Shown one piece after another: positions 1-7,919 of a DNA stretch of 64,000 nt; within the stretch, counting starts at the first letter, position 1; every line of letters starts with the position of its first letter. This stretch comes from Vicinamibacterales bacterium (GTDB lineage: Bacteria; Acidobacteriota; Vicinamibacteria; Vicinamibacterales; UBA2999): contig JAXLRB010000007.1 of NCBI GenBank assembly GCA_046331325.1, forward strand, positions 82,107-146,106, written 5' to 3'. Below the pieces are notes generated by a model. It was not told where the DNA came from. It ran no database searches and saw nothing but the letters and a program-made list of their open reading frames with translations. The translations under genes and the position numbers were made by a program.

Positions 1-297
1 CCACGAGCTGACCGGCTTCTCCTGGTCGGGACCGGATTCAGTGGCGACGACCAGCAGGCGGATCGCGTCGAGATCCTCGGCCGTCAGCAGCGGCTTCGCG
101 GCGTTCACCGCCAGCGTCACCACGTCCTCGAAGGGACCGACCACCGAGCGTTCCTCGCACAACAGACGATCGCGCACGTTGGCCGTGTCGAGGCCACGCG
201 CTTCGCACAGGTCGGCGATGTCGAGGCGGCAGGTGCATGGATGCACGCCGATGGCCTCGATGCCGACGACGGGTCCGCTGGGGGGATGGTGCGGCAT
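1..297 (-). CDS. HMG-CoA synthase family protein, PksG-like (beta-branching type); only the N-terminal 99 codons, gene continues past the window edge
   Basis: Absent from the ORF track because no stop lies in the window. My translation of the minus strand from ATG (295-297) reads MPHHPPSGPVVGIEAIGVHPCTCRLDIADLCEARGLDTANVRDRLLCEERSVVGPFEDVVTLAVNAAKPLLTAEDLDAIRLLVVATESGPDQEKPVSSW. VGIEA, NAAKP and ATESG.D are N-terminal hallmarks of HMG-CoA synthases. The start lies 6 nt after the stop of the reductase gene. Confidence 0.7.
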   Translation of the reverse strand, partial: MPHHPPSGPVVGIEAIGVHPCTCRLDIADLCEARGLDTANVRDRLLCEERSVVGPFEDVVTLAVNAAKPLLTAEDLDAIRLLVVATESGPDQEKPVSSW

Positions 298-302
298 CGC
301 GA

Positions 303-1073
303 TCAGTGCAGCCAGTCGAGGCCGCCGGTCACGCCCAGCGCCTGGCCATTGACGAACGACGCGCCGTCGCTCGCGAGGAAGAGCACCGCCGCCGCCGCTT
401 CCGATACCTGCCCCGGCCGGCCGATGGGGCAGTGCTTCGCGTAGAAGTCGCGGTTCTGCGCCGAGAGTTCCTTCAGCGTCATCTCCGTTTCGAACAGACT
501 GAGCAGCAGCGCGTTGCTCGTGATGCCCTTGCGGCCGTACTCCTTCGCCAGCGCCGACGACAAGCCGAGCAGACCCGCCTTGCTGGCGCTGTAGGCGACG
601 TCGCCCGACATGCCCTGCGCGGCGATCGACGACATGAAGATGAAGCGGCCGAAGCCGTTGGCAAGGAACGCCGGCAGGAACTGCCGGGCCACGTAGAACG
701 CGCCCGACAGGTTGGTGTCGAGCACGTCCTGCCAGTCGTCGTCGCTGGTCGAGAAGGCCAGGCCGGCGCGCGTCACCGCGGCGTTGGCCACCACCACGTG
801 GACGGTGTCGAAGTCGTCGAGCACCTGTTCGCCGATGGTCTCGACGTCGGCGGACTTGCGCACGTCGAGCTGATACGCGCGCACGCGGCTGGACGGCGCG
901 ATCGTCGAAGCTTCGGCGATCACCGCGTCGGCGGCGTCGCGACGTTCGCGATACGTGAACGCCACGTCGAAGCCGGCGGCGGCCGCGGCCGTGACCACGC
1001 CGGCGCCGATGCCGCGCGACCCGCCCGTGAGGAACAGCACCCGGCGCTCGCCGGCGTCGCGATCAGGCGTCAT
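303..1073 (-). CDS. SDR-family 3-oxoacyl-ACP reductase-like ketoreductase
   Basis: 256-aa ORF with the TGGSRGIG Rossmann motif and the S...YSASK catalytic pattern. Its start overlaps the KS stop by 11 nt. Confidence 0.85.
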   Translation of the reverse strand: MTPDRDAGERRVLFLTGGSRGIGAGVVTAAAAAGFDVAFTYRERRDAADAVIAEASTIAPSSRVRAYQLDVRKSADVETIGEQVLDDFDTVHVVVANAAVTRAGLAFSTSDDDWQDVLDTNLSGAFYVARQFLPAFLANGFGRFIFMSSIAAQGMSGDVAYSASKAGLLGLSSALAKEYGRKGITSNALLLSLFETEMTLKELSAQNRDFYAKHCPIGRPGQVSEAAAAVLFLASDGASFVNGQALGVTGGLDWLH

Positions 1074-2343
1074 GGCGCCGCCACAGGCTCACGCAGTTGA
1101 TGCCGCCGAAGCCGAAGGAGTTCTTGAGCATGACGCGTACGTCGCGGTCGCGCGGACCGTCGGCGCAGACGTCGAGATCGACGGCCGGATCGAGCGACTC
1201 GATGTTGATCGAGCGGTGCAGGCGGCCGGCCCGCATCTGCAGCAGGCCGGCGACCGTTTCCACGGTGGGGGCCGACCAGCAGCAGTGCCCCAGCATCGAC
1301 TTCGGCGCGTTGATGGCGATCTTGTAGGCGTGATCGCCGAACACGCGCTTGATCGACTTCAGCTCGGTGAGATCGCCGAGCGGCGTCGACGTGGCGTGGG
1401 CGTTCACGTAGTCCACGTCCGACGGCGCCAGACCGGCATCCTTCAGCACGCGCGTCATCACCCGCGCCTGCCCGTCTTCGGAGGGCTGCGGCAGGTGGTT
1501 GCCGTCGCTGTTGGCGGCGCAGCCGAGCACCTCGGCGTAGATGCGGGCGCCGCGGCGCAGCGCGGCCTCGCGCTCTTCGAGCACCAGCGTGGCGCCGCCG
1601 TGCGCCGGCACGAAGCCCTCGCGACGCGTGTCGTAGGGCCGGCTGGCCAGGGACGGTGCGTCGTTGAAGCTCTCGAACGTGATCGCGCCCATGATCGCCA
1701 TCGCGTGCACGTCGATCGGCGCGAACTCGAGCACCGCACCGACGACCAGGGCGGTGTCGGCGCCGTGGTGGCGGATCTCGTCGATCGCCGTGCGCAGCGC
1801 CACGTTGCCGCTGGCGCAGGCCGCGCCCATGGTGAAGATGGGGCCGCGCGTCTGCAGCACTTCCGAGACGCAGCCGGCGTGATCGGTGTCGAGCGAGTAG
1901 AGCGACGTCATCCCGTCGATGAAGTCCGGCTCGTCTTCGAACTGACGCCGCGTGTCGTACTGGTAGAGCGCGTTCAGGTTGTGGCCCGACACCACGACCG
2001 CCTGCGCGTGCGGGTCGTAGCCGGCGTCGAACAGCCCGGCGTCGAGCCAGCCGTCCACCGCCAGCAGCATCGAGAGCTTCGTGGTCCACGGCACGCGCGC
2101 CACCAGCTTCCTGAGGCGCTTGAAGGTGTCGGCCGGGATGCGGCCGTCGAACGTCGCCAGCTTGGCGTCGACGTCGTAGTGCGACAGGTCGCCGCCCACC
2201 TTGCTGTAGACGCGATCGGTCGGAAACGCCTTCCAGTGCGAGATCGCCGAGCGGCCCGCCATCAGCGCGTCGCGGAATCCGTCGAGCGTGTCGCCGATGG
2301 CGGTGTTGACGCTCATGCCCGTGACGACCACCCGCTTACTCAT
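1063..2343 (-). CDS. beta-ketoacyl-ACP synthase (FabF/KS-like, active-site Cys retained)
   Basis: 426-aa ORF with GAACASG (Cys), HATSTPLGD and GHCCWSA (His) motifs and NSFGFGGIN at the C-terminus. Confidence 0.9.
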   Translation of the reverse strand: MSKRVVVTGMSVNTAIGDTLDGFRDALMAGRSAISHWKAFPTDRVYSKVGGDLSHYDVDAKLATFDGRIPADTFKRLRKLVARVPWTTKLSMLLAVDGWLDAGLFDAGYDPHAQAVVVSGHNLNALYQYDTRRQFEDEPDFIDGMTSLYSLDTDHAGCVSEVLQTRGPIFTMGAACASGNVALRTAIDEIRHHGADTALVVGAVLEFAPIDVHAMAIMGAITFESFNDAPSLASRPYDTRREGFVPAHGGATLVLEEREAALRRGARIYAEVLGCAANSDGNHLPQPSEDGQARVMTRVLKDAGLAPSDVDYVNAHATSTPLGDLTELKSIKRVFGDHAYKIAINAPKSMLGHCCWSAPTVETVAGLLQMRAGRLHRSINIESLDPAVDLDVCADGPRDRDVRVMLKNSFGFGGINCVSLWRRHDA

Positions 2344-2869
2344 CGATGTAGACCTCCGCGACCATGCAGGCCGCCAGCACGTCGCCGTTCCAGGCCTGGC
2401 CGGCGGCGACGAGCGTCATGTCTTCCTCCACCACGTACGCGTGCAGCGTCATGACGTCGCCCGGACGGAACGGCGCCAGGAACGTCGCGTGATGGATGTG
2501 CGTCGCGCGCACCGGCGCCGGTGTCAGTTCCGCCGGCACCTCGGTCGTGCGCCGCCGAGCGAAATGCACGAGCGTGAGCCCGAGCTGGCCGATCGCCTCC
2601 ACGGTGAGCACGCCCGGATACACCGGCGTGTCGGGGAAGTGGCCGGCGAAACCGAGGTCGTCCGCACCGAGCGTGCGGTGCCCGCGCACCGCCGACGCCG
2701 CGACGTCCACGCGGTCGACGCCGTCCACGAGGCGCATTGGCCGGCGATGCGGCAGCAGGCGATCGAGCTCGGCATCGCCATAGGCCACGCGGACGCCGGC
2801 GTCGGCGGCCACGATCGGGCCGCGCTTCAGGCGCCGCACCACGTCCTGCAGGACCTCAGGCGCGAGCAC
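2336..2869 (-). CDS. FabZ/FabA-like 3-hydroxyacyl-ACP dehydratase (hot-dog fold)
   Basis: 177-aa ORF with a GTG start. Contains LPHRRPMRLVD and GHFPDTPVYPGVL..E motifs. It overlaps both neighbouring genes. Confidence 0.8.
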   Translation of the reverse strand: MLAPEVLQDVVRRLKRGPIVAADAGVRVAYGDAELDRLLPHRRPMRLVDGVDRVDVAASAVRGHRTLGADDLGFAGHFPDTPVYPGVLTVEAIGQLGLTLVHFARRRTTEVPAELTPAPVRATHIHHATFLAPFRPGDVMTLHAYVVEEDMTLVAAGQAWNGDVLAACMVAEVYIDE

Positions 2870-3818
2870 TGAGCGCCTCCAGCGTGGATCGCAGATGCAT
2901 CGCGGGATCGCGACCGTCCGGCGCGTCGACGCGGTGGCGCGCCAGGCGTCTCCAGCCGCGACCCACCAGGTTGTGCAGCACGCCGCCTGGACCGACCTCG
3001 ACGAACGTGGCGTCGGCGTGCGTCGTCGCGACGAGGTCGAGCGAGGCGTCCCAACGCACGGGTTCGCTCACGTGTCGCGTCAGCAGATCCACGAACATGG
3101 GCGCGTCGGCATGCACCGGATCGATCGCGCGGCCGGTGACGTTGGGCCGATAGGCCATCGCCGGCCGGCGCCAGCCGGCAGTGGCCAGCGTGCGTCCGAA
3201 CTGCAGTGCCACGCCCACCATGAGCGGCGAGTGCATTGGCACGTGCGGCTCGATCAGGATCGTGTGCGCGCCCGCGTCTTCCAGGGCCCCGGCGACGCGG
3301 GTGACCGCGGCGTCGTGACCGGCGATGACGTGCTGCGTCGGCGCGTTGTAGTTGCTCACCACCACCGTGCCATCGGAGGGGGCGCTGGCGGCGACGGCGG
3401 CCTCGACCGTGTCGCGGTCGGCGCCGAGCACCGTGACCATCACGCCCTGGGGCGCGCGGTCGTAACAATGACCTCGCTCGCTCACCAGGGCGAGCGCGTC
3501 CTCGAACGAGATTGCGCCGATGTGGACCAGGTGCGAGTACTCGCCGAGACTCAGGCCGAGCGACGCGGAGGCCCTGACGCCTTCGGCCTCGAGCGCGCGC
3601 AGATACATCTGCGAGGCGAGGAACACCACGAGCTGCACGTCGCGGTTGCCGGCGAGGCGTGCCGATGGGCCGGCGAGGTATGCGTCGGCCTCGGTGCGTC
3701 CGAGCACGGTCACCGCCGCATCGGCGACGGCGTCGGCGGCCGGATGGGCGCGCCTCGCCCGGGCCAATGCCTGCGGATCGGCCGAGCTCTGGCCGGGGAA
3801 CAGGAACACGTGCGCCAT
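2856..3818 (-). CDS. malonyl-CoA:ACP transacylase-like discrete acyltransferase
   Basis: 320-aa ORF with an FPGQ N-terminus and the GLSLGEYS nucleophile elbow. It is the first gene of the AT-DH-KS-KR-HMGS string. Confidence 0.85.
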   Translation of the reverse strand: MAHVFLFPGQSSADPQALARARRAHPAADAVADAAVTVLGRTEADAYLAGPSARLAGNRDVQLVVFLASQMYLRALEAEGVRASASLGLSLGEYSHLVHIGAISFEDALALVSERGHCYDRAPQGVMVTVLGADRDTVEAAVAASAPSDGTVVVSNYNAPTQHVIAGHDAAVTRVAGALEDAGAHTILIEPHVPMHSPLMVGVALQFGRTLATAGWRRPAMAYRPNVTGRAIDPVHADAPMFVDLLTRHVSEPVRWDASLDLVATTHADATFVEVGPGGVLHNLVGRGWRRLARHRVDAPDGRDPAMHLRSTLEALSARA

Positions 3819-3925
3819 GGCGGCTAGCCTCGGCGCCGGACGTGGTCCGGGCTGGGGAGGGGGGAGGTCACTGTCCCCGTAAGCGGAAGCCGACCGAAAA
3901 CCGGGTCAGCCCTGGTGGCGCCCCA

Positions 3926-3931
3926 TACAAT
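3926..3931 (+). promoter_or_regulatory. -10-like hexamer TACAAT, 7 nt upstream of ATG 3939 (leaderless-type arrangement)
   Basis: An AT-rich TANNNT hexamer in a GC-rich background, followed by N7 and the start codon. No Shine-Dalgarno sequence lies between them. Confidence 0.45.
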
Positions 3932-3938
3932 TGCGGGC

Positions 3939-4619
3939 ATGCCCGCGCCGTACTCGGCCACCGACCTCGCCGTTCGCCGCACGATCCTTGACACGTTCGT
4001 GCGCGGCGGCGTGCCGACGCGCCTCTCGGTGATGCAGGCGCTTGGTCTCGAGTACGCCGAGGTGACCGCCGCCTACACGCGCCTCGCCGCCGGCCACGTG
4101 ATCGTGCCCGACCCCGACAGCGGCGAGGTGTGGATGGCGATGCCGTTCTCGGCCGTGCCCACCGAGTTCCGGGTGGTGGTGGGCGAGCACTCGGTGTGGG
4201 CCAACTGCGCATGGGACGCCTTCGGCGTGGCGGCGGCGCTCGACGCCGATGTCGCGTTCGTCACGCGCTGCCCGGCGTCGAACGCGCCGGTGCGCGCGGG
4301 TGTGCGCAAGGGTGTGGCCTTCGCGGACGCCGGCGCCGTGGCGCACGTGCCGGTGCCGGCGAGCCGCTGGTGGGACGACATCGGCTACACGTGAAGCACC
4401 ATCCGGCTCTTCCGGTCGGAAGAGGATCTCGCGGGATGGTGTGAACGGCAGGGCCTCGGGCCCGACGGGCGCGTGGACGTGAGCCAGCTGGCCGCGCTGG
4501 CCCGGCGGTGGTACCGCGATCGGCTCTCGGCCGACTGGCAGCCGCGCGGCCGCGAGGCGTCGCAGGCGCTCTTCACCGCGGTCGGCCTCACCGGCGCCCA
4601 CTGGACGCTGCCGGGTTAG
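3939..4619 (+). CDS. MerB-like (alkylmercury/organomercurial lyase family) protein with in-frame TGA 4392-4394; candidate selenocysteine codon
   Basis: The ORF track stops at 4394 (alternative GTG start at 3915). The same frame stays open for 75 further GC3-rich codons to TAG 4617-4619. NCAWDAFG, TRCPASNAPV and the post-TGA STIRLFRSEEDLAGWCERQGLGPDG align by eye with MerB WCALDTLI (Cys96/Asp99), SHCAATGAPV (Cys117) and [24 protein letters not shown]. This places the TGA opposite Cys159. Confidence 0.6.
4401..4427 (+). promoter_or_regulatory. SECIS-like hairpin downstream of TGA 4392-4394
   Basis: ATC[CGG]CTCTTCC-GGTC-GGAAGAG-GAT: a perfect 7-bp upper stem (4407-4413 / 4418-4424) plus a 3-bp lower stem. 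The apical loop GGUC begins 19 nt after the UGA. Confidence 0.5.
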
Positions 4620-4666
4620 GCGCCGGTAACCTTTCGCGGGTTCGCGCGTATCGTCTGCGGACCCCG

Positions 4667-5170
4667 ATGATCGACTTCGACGGCCTCTATCGCGAACACG
4701 CGCCGCACGTACGGCGTTACGTCCGGCACCTGTCGGGCGATGCGGCGCTGGCCGACGACATCACCGCCGAGACGTTCGTGCGCGTGTGGCAGACGCGCGA
4801 CATGCTGCGCCACGAGACGCTGCGTGCCTTTCTCTTCGCCATCGCCCGGCATCTGTTCCTGAGCGGCGTGCGCGTCAACTGGCGGCGCGCCGCCCTCGAG
4901 GACGTGCATGCCGATCCCGGGCCCGATCCCGAACGTCAGGCGCAGGCCGGCGACGACGCGGCCCGACTCGAGCGGGCCCTCGCGGCCCTGGCCCCGGCCG
5001 ATCGCGAGCCGCTGGTGCTGCGCGCTGTCGAAGGCCTGAGCTACGACGCCATCGGGCAGGTGATGGACCTGTCGGCTGGCGCGGCCAAGGTGCGCGTGCA
5101 CCGCGCCCGCCGGCGTCTGCTGGCGCTGATGACTCCAACCCCCACGCGTTCCACTGGAGACCCCGTATGA
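4667..5170 (+). CDS. ECF-type RNA polymerase sigma-70 family factor
   Basis: Start trimmed to ATG 4667 (MIDFDGLYREHAPHVRRYV...). Region 2 reads DITAETFVRVW and region 4 reads LSYDAIGQVMDLSAGAAKVRVHRARRRL. Its stop overlaps the next gene's start (ATGA). Confidence 0.85.
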   Translation: MIDFDGLYREHAPHVRRYVRHLSGDAALADDITAETFVRVWQTRDMLRHETLRAFLFAIARHLFLSGVRVNWRRAALEDVHADPGPDPERQAQAGDDAARLERALAALAPADREPLVLRAVEGLSYDAIGQVMDLSAGAAKVRVHRARRRLLALMTPTPTRSTGDPV

Positions 5171-5577
5171 ACGTGACCCGCGACGTCGTGATCGACCTGC
5201 TGCCCGTCTACCTCGCCGGCGAGGCGAGCGCTGACACCCGCGCGCTGGTGGAGGCGTTCCTCGCCACCGACCCGCCGCTGGCACGCCTGGCCCGCGAGGG
5301 GTTCGGCGAGGCCGGGCCGTTGCCCGTCGTCGCGGATGCGCCGGCGAGAGCGGCGCTGTCGCGCACGCGCCGCCTGCTGCACCGCCGTCAGCTGGCGTTC
5401 GGTGTCGCCCTGGCACTCACGCTGCTGCCGCTGTCGTTCGGATTCGTCGACGACCGCATCGTCTGGGCGATGTGGCGTGACGCGCCCGCCACGGCGGCGC
5501 TGTGCCTGATCGGCGCGGCGGCATGCTGGACCTGGTTCGCGCGCGTCCGCGCCGCCCTGCGCGCACCGGGCTTCTGA
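5167..5577 (+). CDS. putative membrane anti-sigma factor
   Basis: 136 aa from ATG 5167, translationally coupled to the sigma gene. It has an N-terminal cytoplasmic segment followed by two hydrophobic helices. No specific motif was recognised. Confidence 0.55.
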   Translation: MNVTRDVVIDLLPVYLAGEASADTRALVEAFLATDPPLARLAREGFGEAGPLPVVADAPARAALSRTRRLLHRRQLAFGVALALTLLPLSFGFVDDRIVWAMWRDAPATAALCLIGAAACWTWFARVRAALRAPGF

Positions 5578-5589
5578 TCGCCGGCGCGA

Positions 5590-6717
5590 TCAGTGCATCG
5601 ACACCGGCGACGGGCATGCCGACGCCGCCGGCACGCCGCCGGCGATCCAGGCGTCGATGAGCGCCAGTGCCTCGCGGTCGGCGAGCGTCGTGCCGATGGG
5701 CGGCATCTGGCTCGACGGCCGCCGCGACTTCGCGCGCACCAGCAGCGCGCTCAGATCTGGCCGGCCCGGCGTGAGCAGGCGCGACGTGCCCTCCGGGGCG
5801 CTCGGAATGGCCCAGTGACCGGAACGGCCCGCGGTGGTGGCGATGGCAGCCGGGGCGCAGGCGCCGGTATTGGCGAGCGCGTAGCGCAGATCGAGGCCGA
5901 GCGACGCGATCGTGCTCTTCGGGTTGTGGCAGCTGCCGCAGTTGCTCGACAGATAGCCGAGCACGGCGCGCTCGCGTGGATCGGACGCGGCCACGCGCGG
6001 CGGCGACGTCAGCAGGTCTGCCGGGGCATGGGCCAGCCGTCCCTCGGCGACGAGCGAGCGCAGCGTGAGCATGCCGGGCGCGAGCGGCTCGGCGTGCGGC
6101 GCCAGCGGATCGCGATCGTCCGAGAGCTGCAGCGCGGTGAAGCCGAGCGCTTCCGTGCGGCCGCTGTCGTGACAGGCGCGACACTCGGCTTCCGACGGGA
6201 TGCTGTGCCACTTGCCGGGCGCGATCTCGGCGACGTCGGCGAGCCCCGTCTCCGGCACCAGCATCGCGTCGCGTTGATCGTCGGTCCACGCGTACGACGC
6301 GAACGTCCAGTGCGTGGGCGTGTCCTTCCAGAACAGGCGCGTCTCGACGCGGCGGCCGTTGAAGGCGAACTCCTTCCAGAAGCGCGTGCCCACCGGCAGA
6401 TCCCACTGGTCGCTGTCGCGCGCGTCGATCGTGGCGCCGTCGGGCATACGCACCCAGCGACGCTTGGCCGCGCCGTCGCTCCATAGCGGGTACTGCGGCG
6501 CGAAGGCGCGGTTGCGCGGATCGATCGTGAGCGTCGCGATGTCCGCGTAGAGGCCGGTGGCCGACAGGCGCGGCGGCGCGACGCCGTCGAACACCGGCGG
6601 GCCCGCGGGCGTGTCCGCGCGATCGAGGCCGCGATCGGCGGCGACGCGGCCGGATGCCGTGGCCATCCACAGCAGCATCACGGCCGTCATCGTCGTCGTC
6701 GCCCGCACGGTGGTCAC
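5590..6717 (-). CDS. secreted protein with two CxxCH haem-binding motifs (putative c-type cytochrome domain protein)
   Basis: 375-aa ORF carrying CRACH and CGSCH motifs and an N-terminal hydrophobic signal. Its GTG start overlaps the stop of the upstream cytochrome gene (GTGA). Confidence 0.6.
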   Translation of the reverse strand: MTTVRATTTMTAVMLLWMATASGRVAADRGLDRADTPAGPPVFDGVAPPRLSATGLYADIATLTIDPRNRAFAPQYPLWSDGAAKRRWVRMPDGATIDARDSDQWDLPVGTRFWKEFAFNGRRVETRLFWKDTPTHWTFASYAWTDDQRDAMLVPETGLADVAEIAPGKWHSIPSEAECRACHDSGRTEALGFTALQLSDDRDPLAPHAEPLAPGMLTLRSLVAEGRLAHAPADLLTSPPRVAASDPRERAVLGYLSSNCGSCHNPKSTIASLGLDLRYALANTGACAPAAIATTAGRSGHWAIPSAPEGTSRLLTPGRPDLSALLVRAKSRRPSSQMPPIGTTLADREALALIDAWIAGGVPAASACPSPVSMH

Positions 6718-7334
6718 CGCTGCGCCTCGGGCGGATCCACCGGCTGCGGCACGTGGTTCTTCAGCGGCGCCAGCGACTGGAGGTACGCGAAGATCGCCTT
6801 CAGCTCCTCGGGCACCAGCTGGCCGAGGATCTGATACGGCATGGGCGGCAGGATCGCACGGCCCTTGCCCTGGTGCTTCCCGGTGCGCATCGCCTGCACG
6901 AACTGCTCCTCGGTCCAGTCACCGAGGCCGGTTTCCTTGTCGGGCGTGAGGTTCATCGCGAAGCTGACGCCCCACGGACCGGCGAACGCGGTGTTGGTGG
7001 CCGCGTTCATCGTCAGCCACGGTCCAGGTGGCAGCGCCGGCGGAGGCGGCATCTTCAGCCCTTCGGGATGACCCGAGAGCGCGCGCGCCGTGTCGGGCTC
7101 GGGGCCCTTCGGGCCCAGCTTGAACGGCGTGTGGCAGTCGTTGCAGCCCATCGTCTTCACGAGATACGCGCCCAGCTCGACCGGCGTGCGATGCACGGCC
7201 GAGGCGGGTCGCGAGGCCTGCGGTTGCGGCGCGCTGGCGGTGGCGATGAAGGTGGTGAGCGCGGCTCCGGTGAGCGCGAGGGCGGCGGTGGCGAGTCGGT
7301 GTGTGGTCATGTGCGATGTCCTCCTGACGTTCAT
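6714..7334 (-). CDS. mono-haem c-type cytochrome
   Basis: CNDCH motif and a C-terminal LPPMPY...LKAIFAYLQSL pattern. The likely true start is ATG 7310 (MTTHRLATAALAL), which is preceded by AGGAGG. Confidence 0.8.
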   Translation of the reverse strand: MNVRRTSHMTTHRLATAALALTGAALTTFIATASAPQPQASRPASAVHRTPVELGAYLVKTMGCNDCHTPFKLGPKGPEPDTARALSGHPEGLKMPPPPALPPGPWLTMNAATNTAFAGPWGVSFAMNLTPDKETGLGDWTEEQFVQAMRTGKHQGKGRAILPPMPYQILGQLVPEELKAIFAYLQSLAPLKNHVPQPVDPPEAQR

Positions 7335-7438
7335 GGAGGATGACGGACCAGCGCCGACGGTGTTCGCTCACGACACGCTAACGACTCGCTACAAGAATCC
7401 TAACGGCCGCGTGACGACCTTAAGAAAACCCTAAGCGC

Positions 7439-7444
7439 TATACT
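7439..7444 (+). promoter_or_regulatory. -10-like hexamer TATACT, 16 nt upstream of ATG 7461
   Basis: Lies in the lower-GC divergent intergenic region. It is embedded in the 13-mer GCTATACTCGGCC, which recurs at 29843-29855. Confidence 0.4.
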
Positions 7445-7460
7445 CGGCCTCGTCCCCCCG

Positions 7461-7919
7461 ATGATCGACGACGCGCTCGCCACGTTCCTGCAGCAGGGAC
7501 TCGGCATCAACCTGGGCACGCGCGATGCCGCGCTCGAACCGCACGCCGCCTACGTGGCGGCCGCGCGCGTCGAGCCTGGCGGCACGCACATCACCGCGTT
7601 CGTGCCGGCGATTGGCGCGGATGAGGTGCTGGCCGATCTCGCCGACAACGGCCAGGCGGCGCTGGTGTTCGCGCGTCCCGAAGACGACCGCGCCTGTCAG
7701 GTGAAGGGCGTGTTCGAACACGCGGCGCCGGCCAGCGAAGCCGATCGCGCGTGCGTCGACGCGCAGCACGCGGGGTTCATGCGCCAGCTCGAGATCATCG
7801 GCACCGGCGGCGAGCACGTGCGCGGGTGGACCACGTGGCCGTGCGTGGCCGTGCGGCTGCGCGTCACCGCGCTCTTCTCGCAGACGCCGGGTCCAGGCGC
7901 CGGAGCGCCGCTTTCATGA
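7461..7919 (+). CDS. pyridoxamine 5'-phosphate oxidase-like (FMN-binding split-barrel) protein
   Basis: 152-aa ORF. The assignment rests on overall resemblance to the split-barrel family. Its stop overlaps the next start (ATGA). Confidence 0.55.
   Translation: MIDDALATFLQQGLGINLGTRDAALEPHAAYVAAARVEPGGTHITAFVPAIGADEVLADLADNGQAALVFARPEDDRACQVKGVFEHAAPASEADRACVDAQHAGFMRQLEIIGTGGEHVRGWTTWPCVAVRLRVTALFSQTPGPGAGAPLS

Noticed and set aside
4625-4655. Possible ECF-type promoter (GGTAAC ... CGTC) upstream of the sigma gene
   Set aside because: The spacer between the AAC and CGTC elements is about 21 nt, longer than the roughly 16-17 nt expected. This is not convincing without comparative data.
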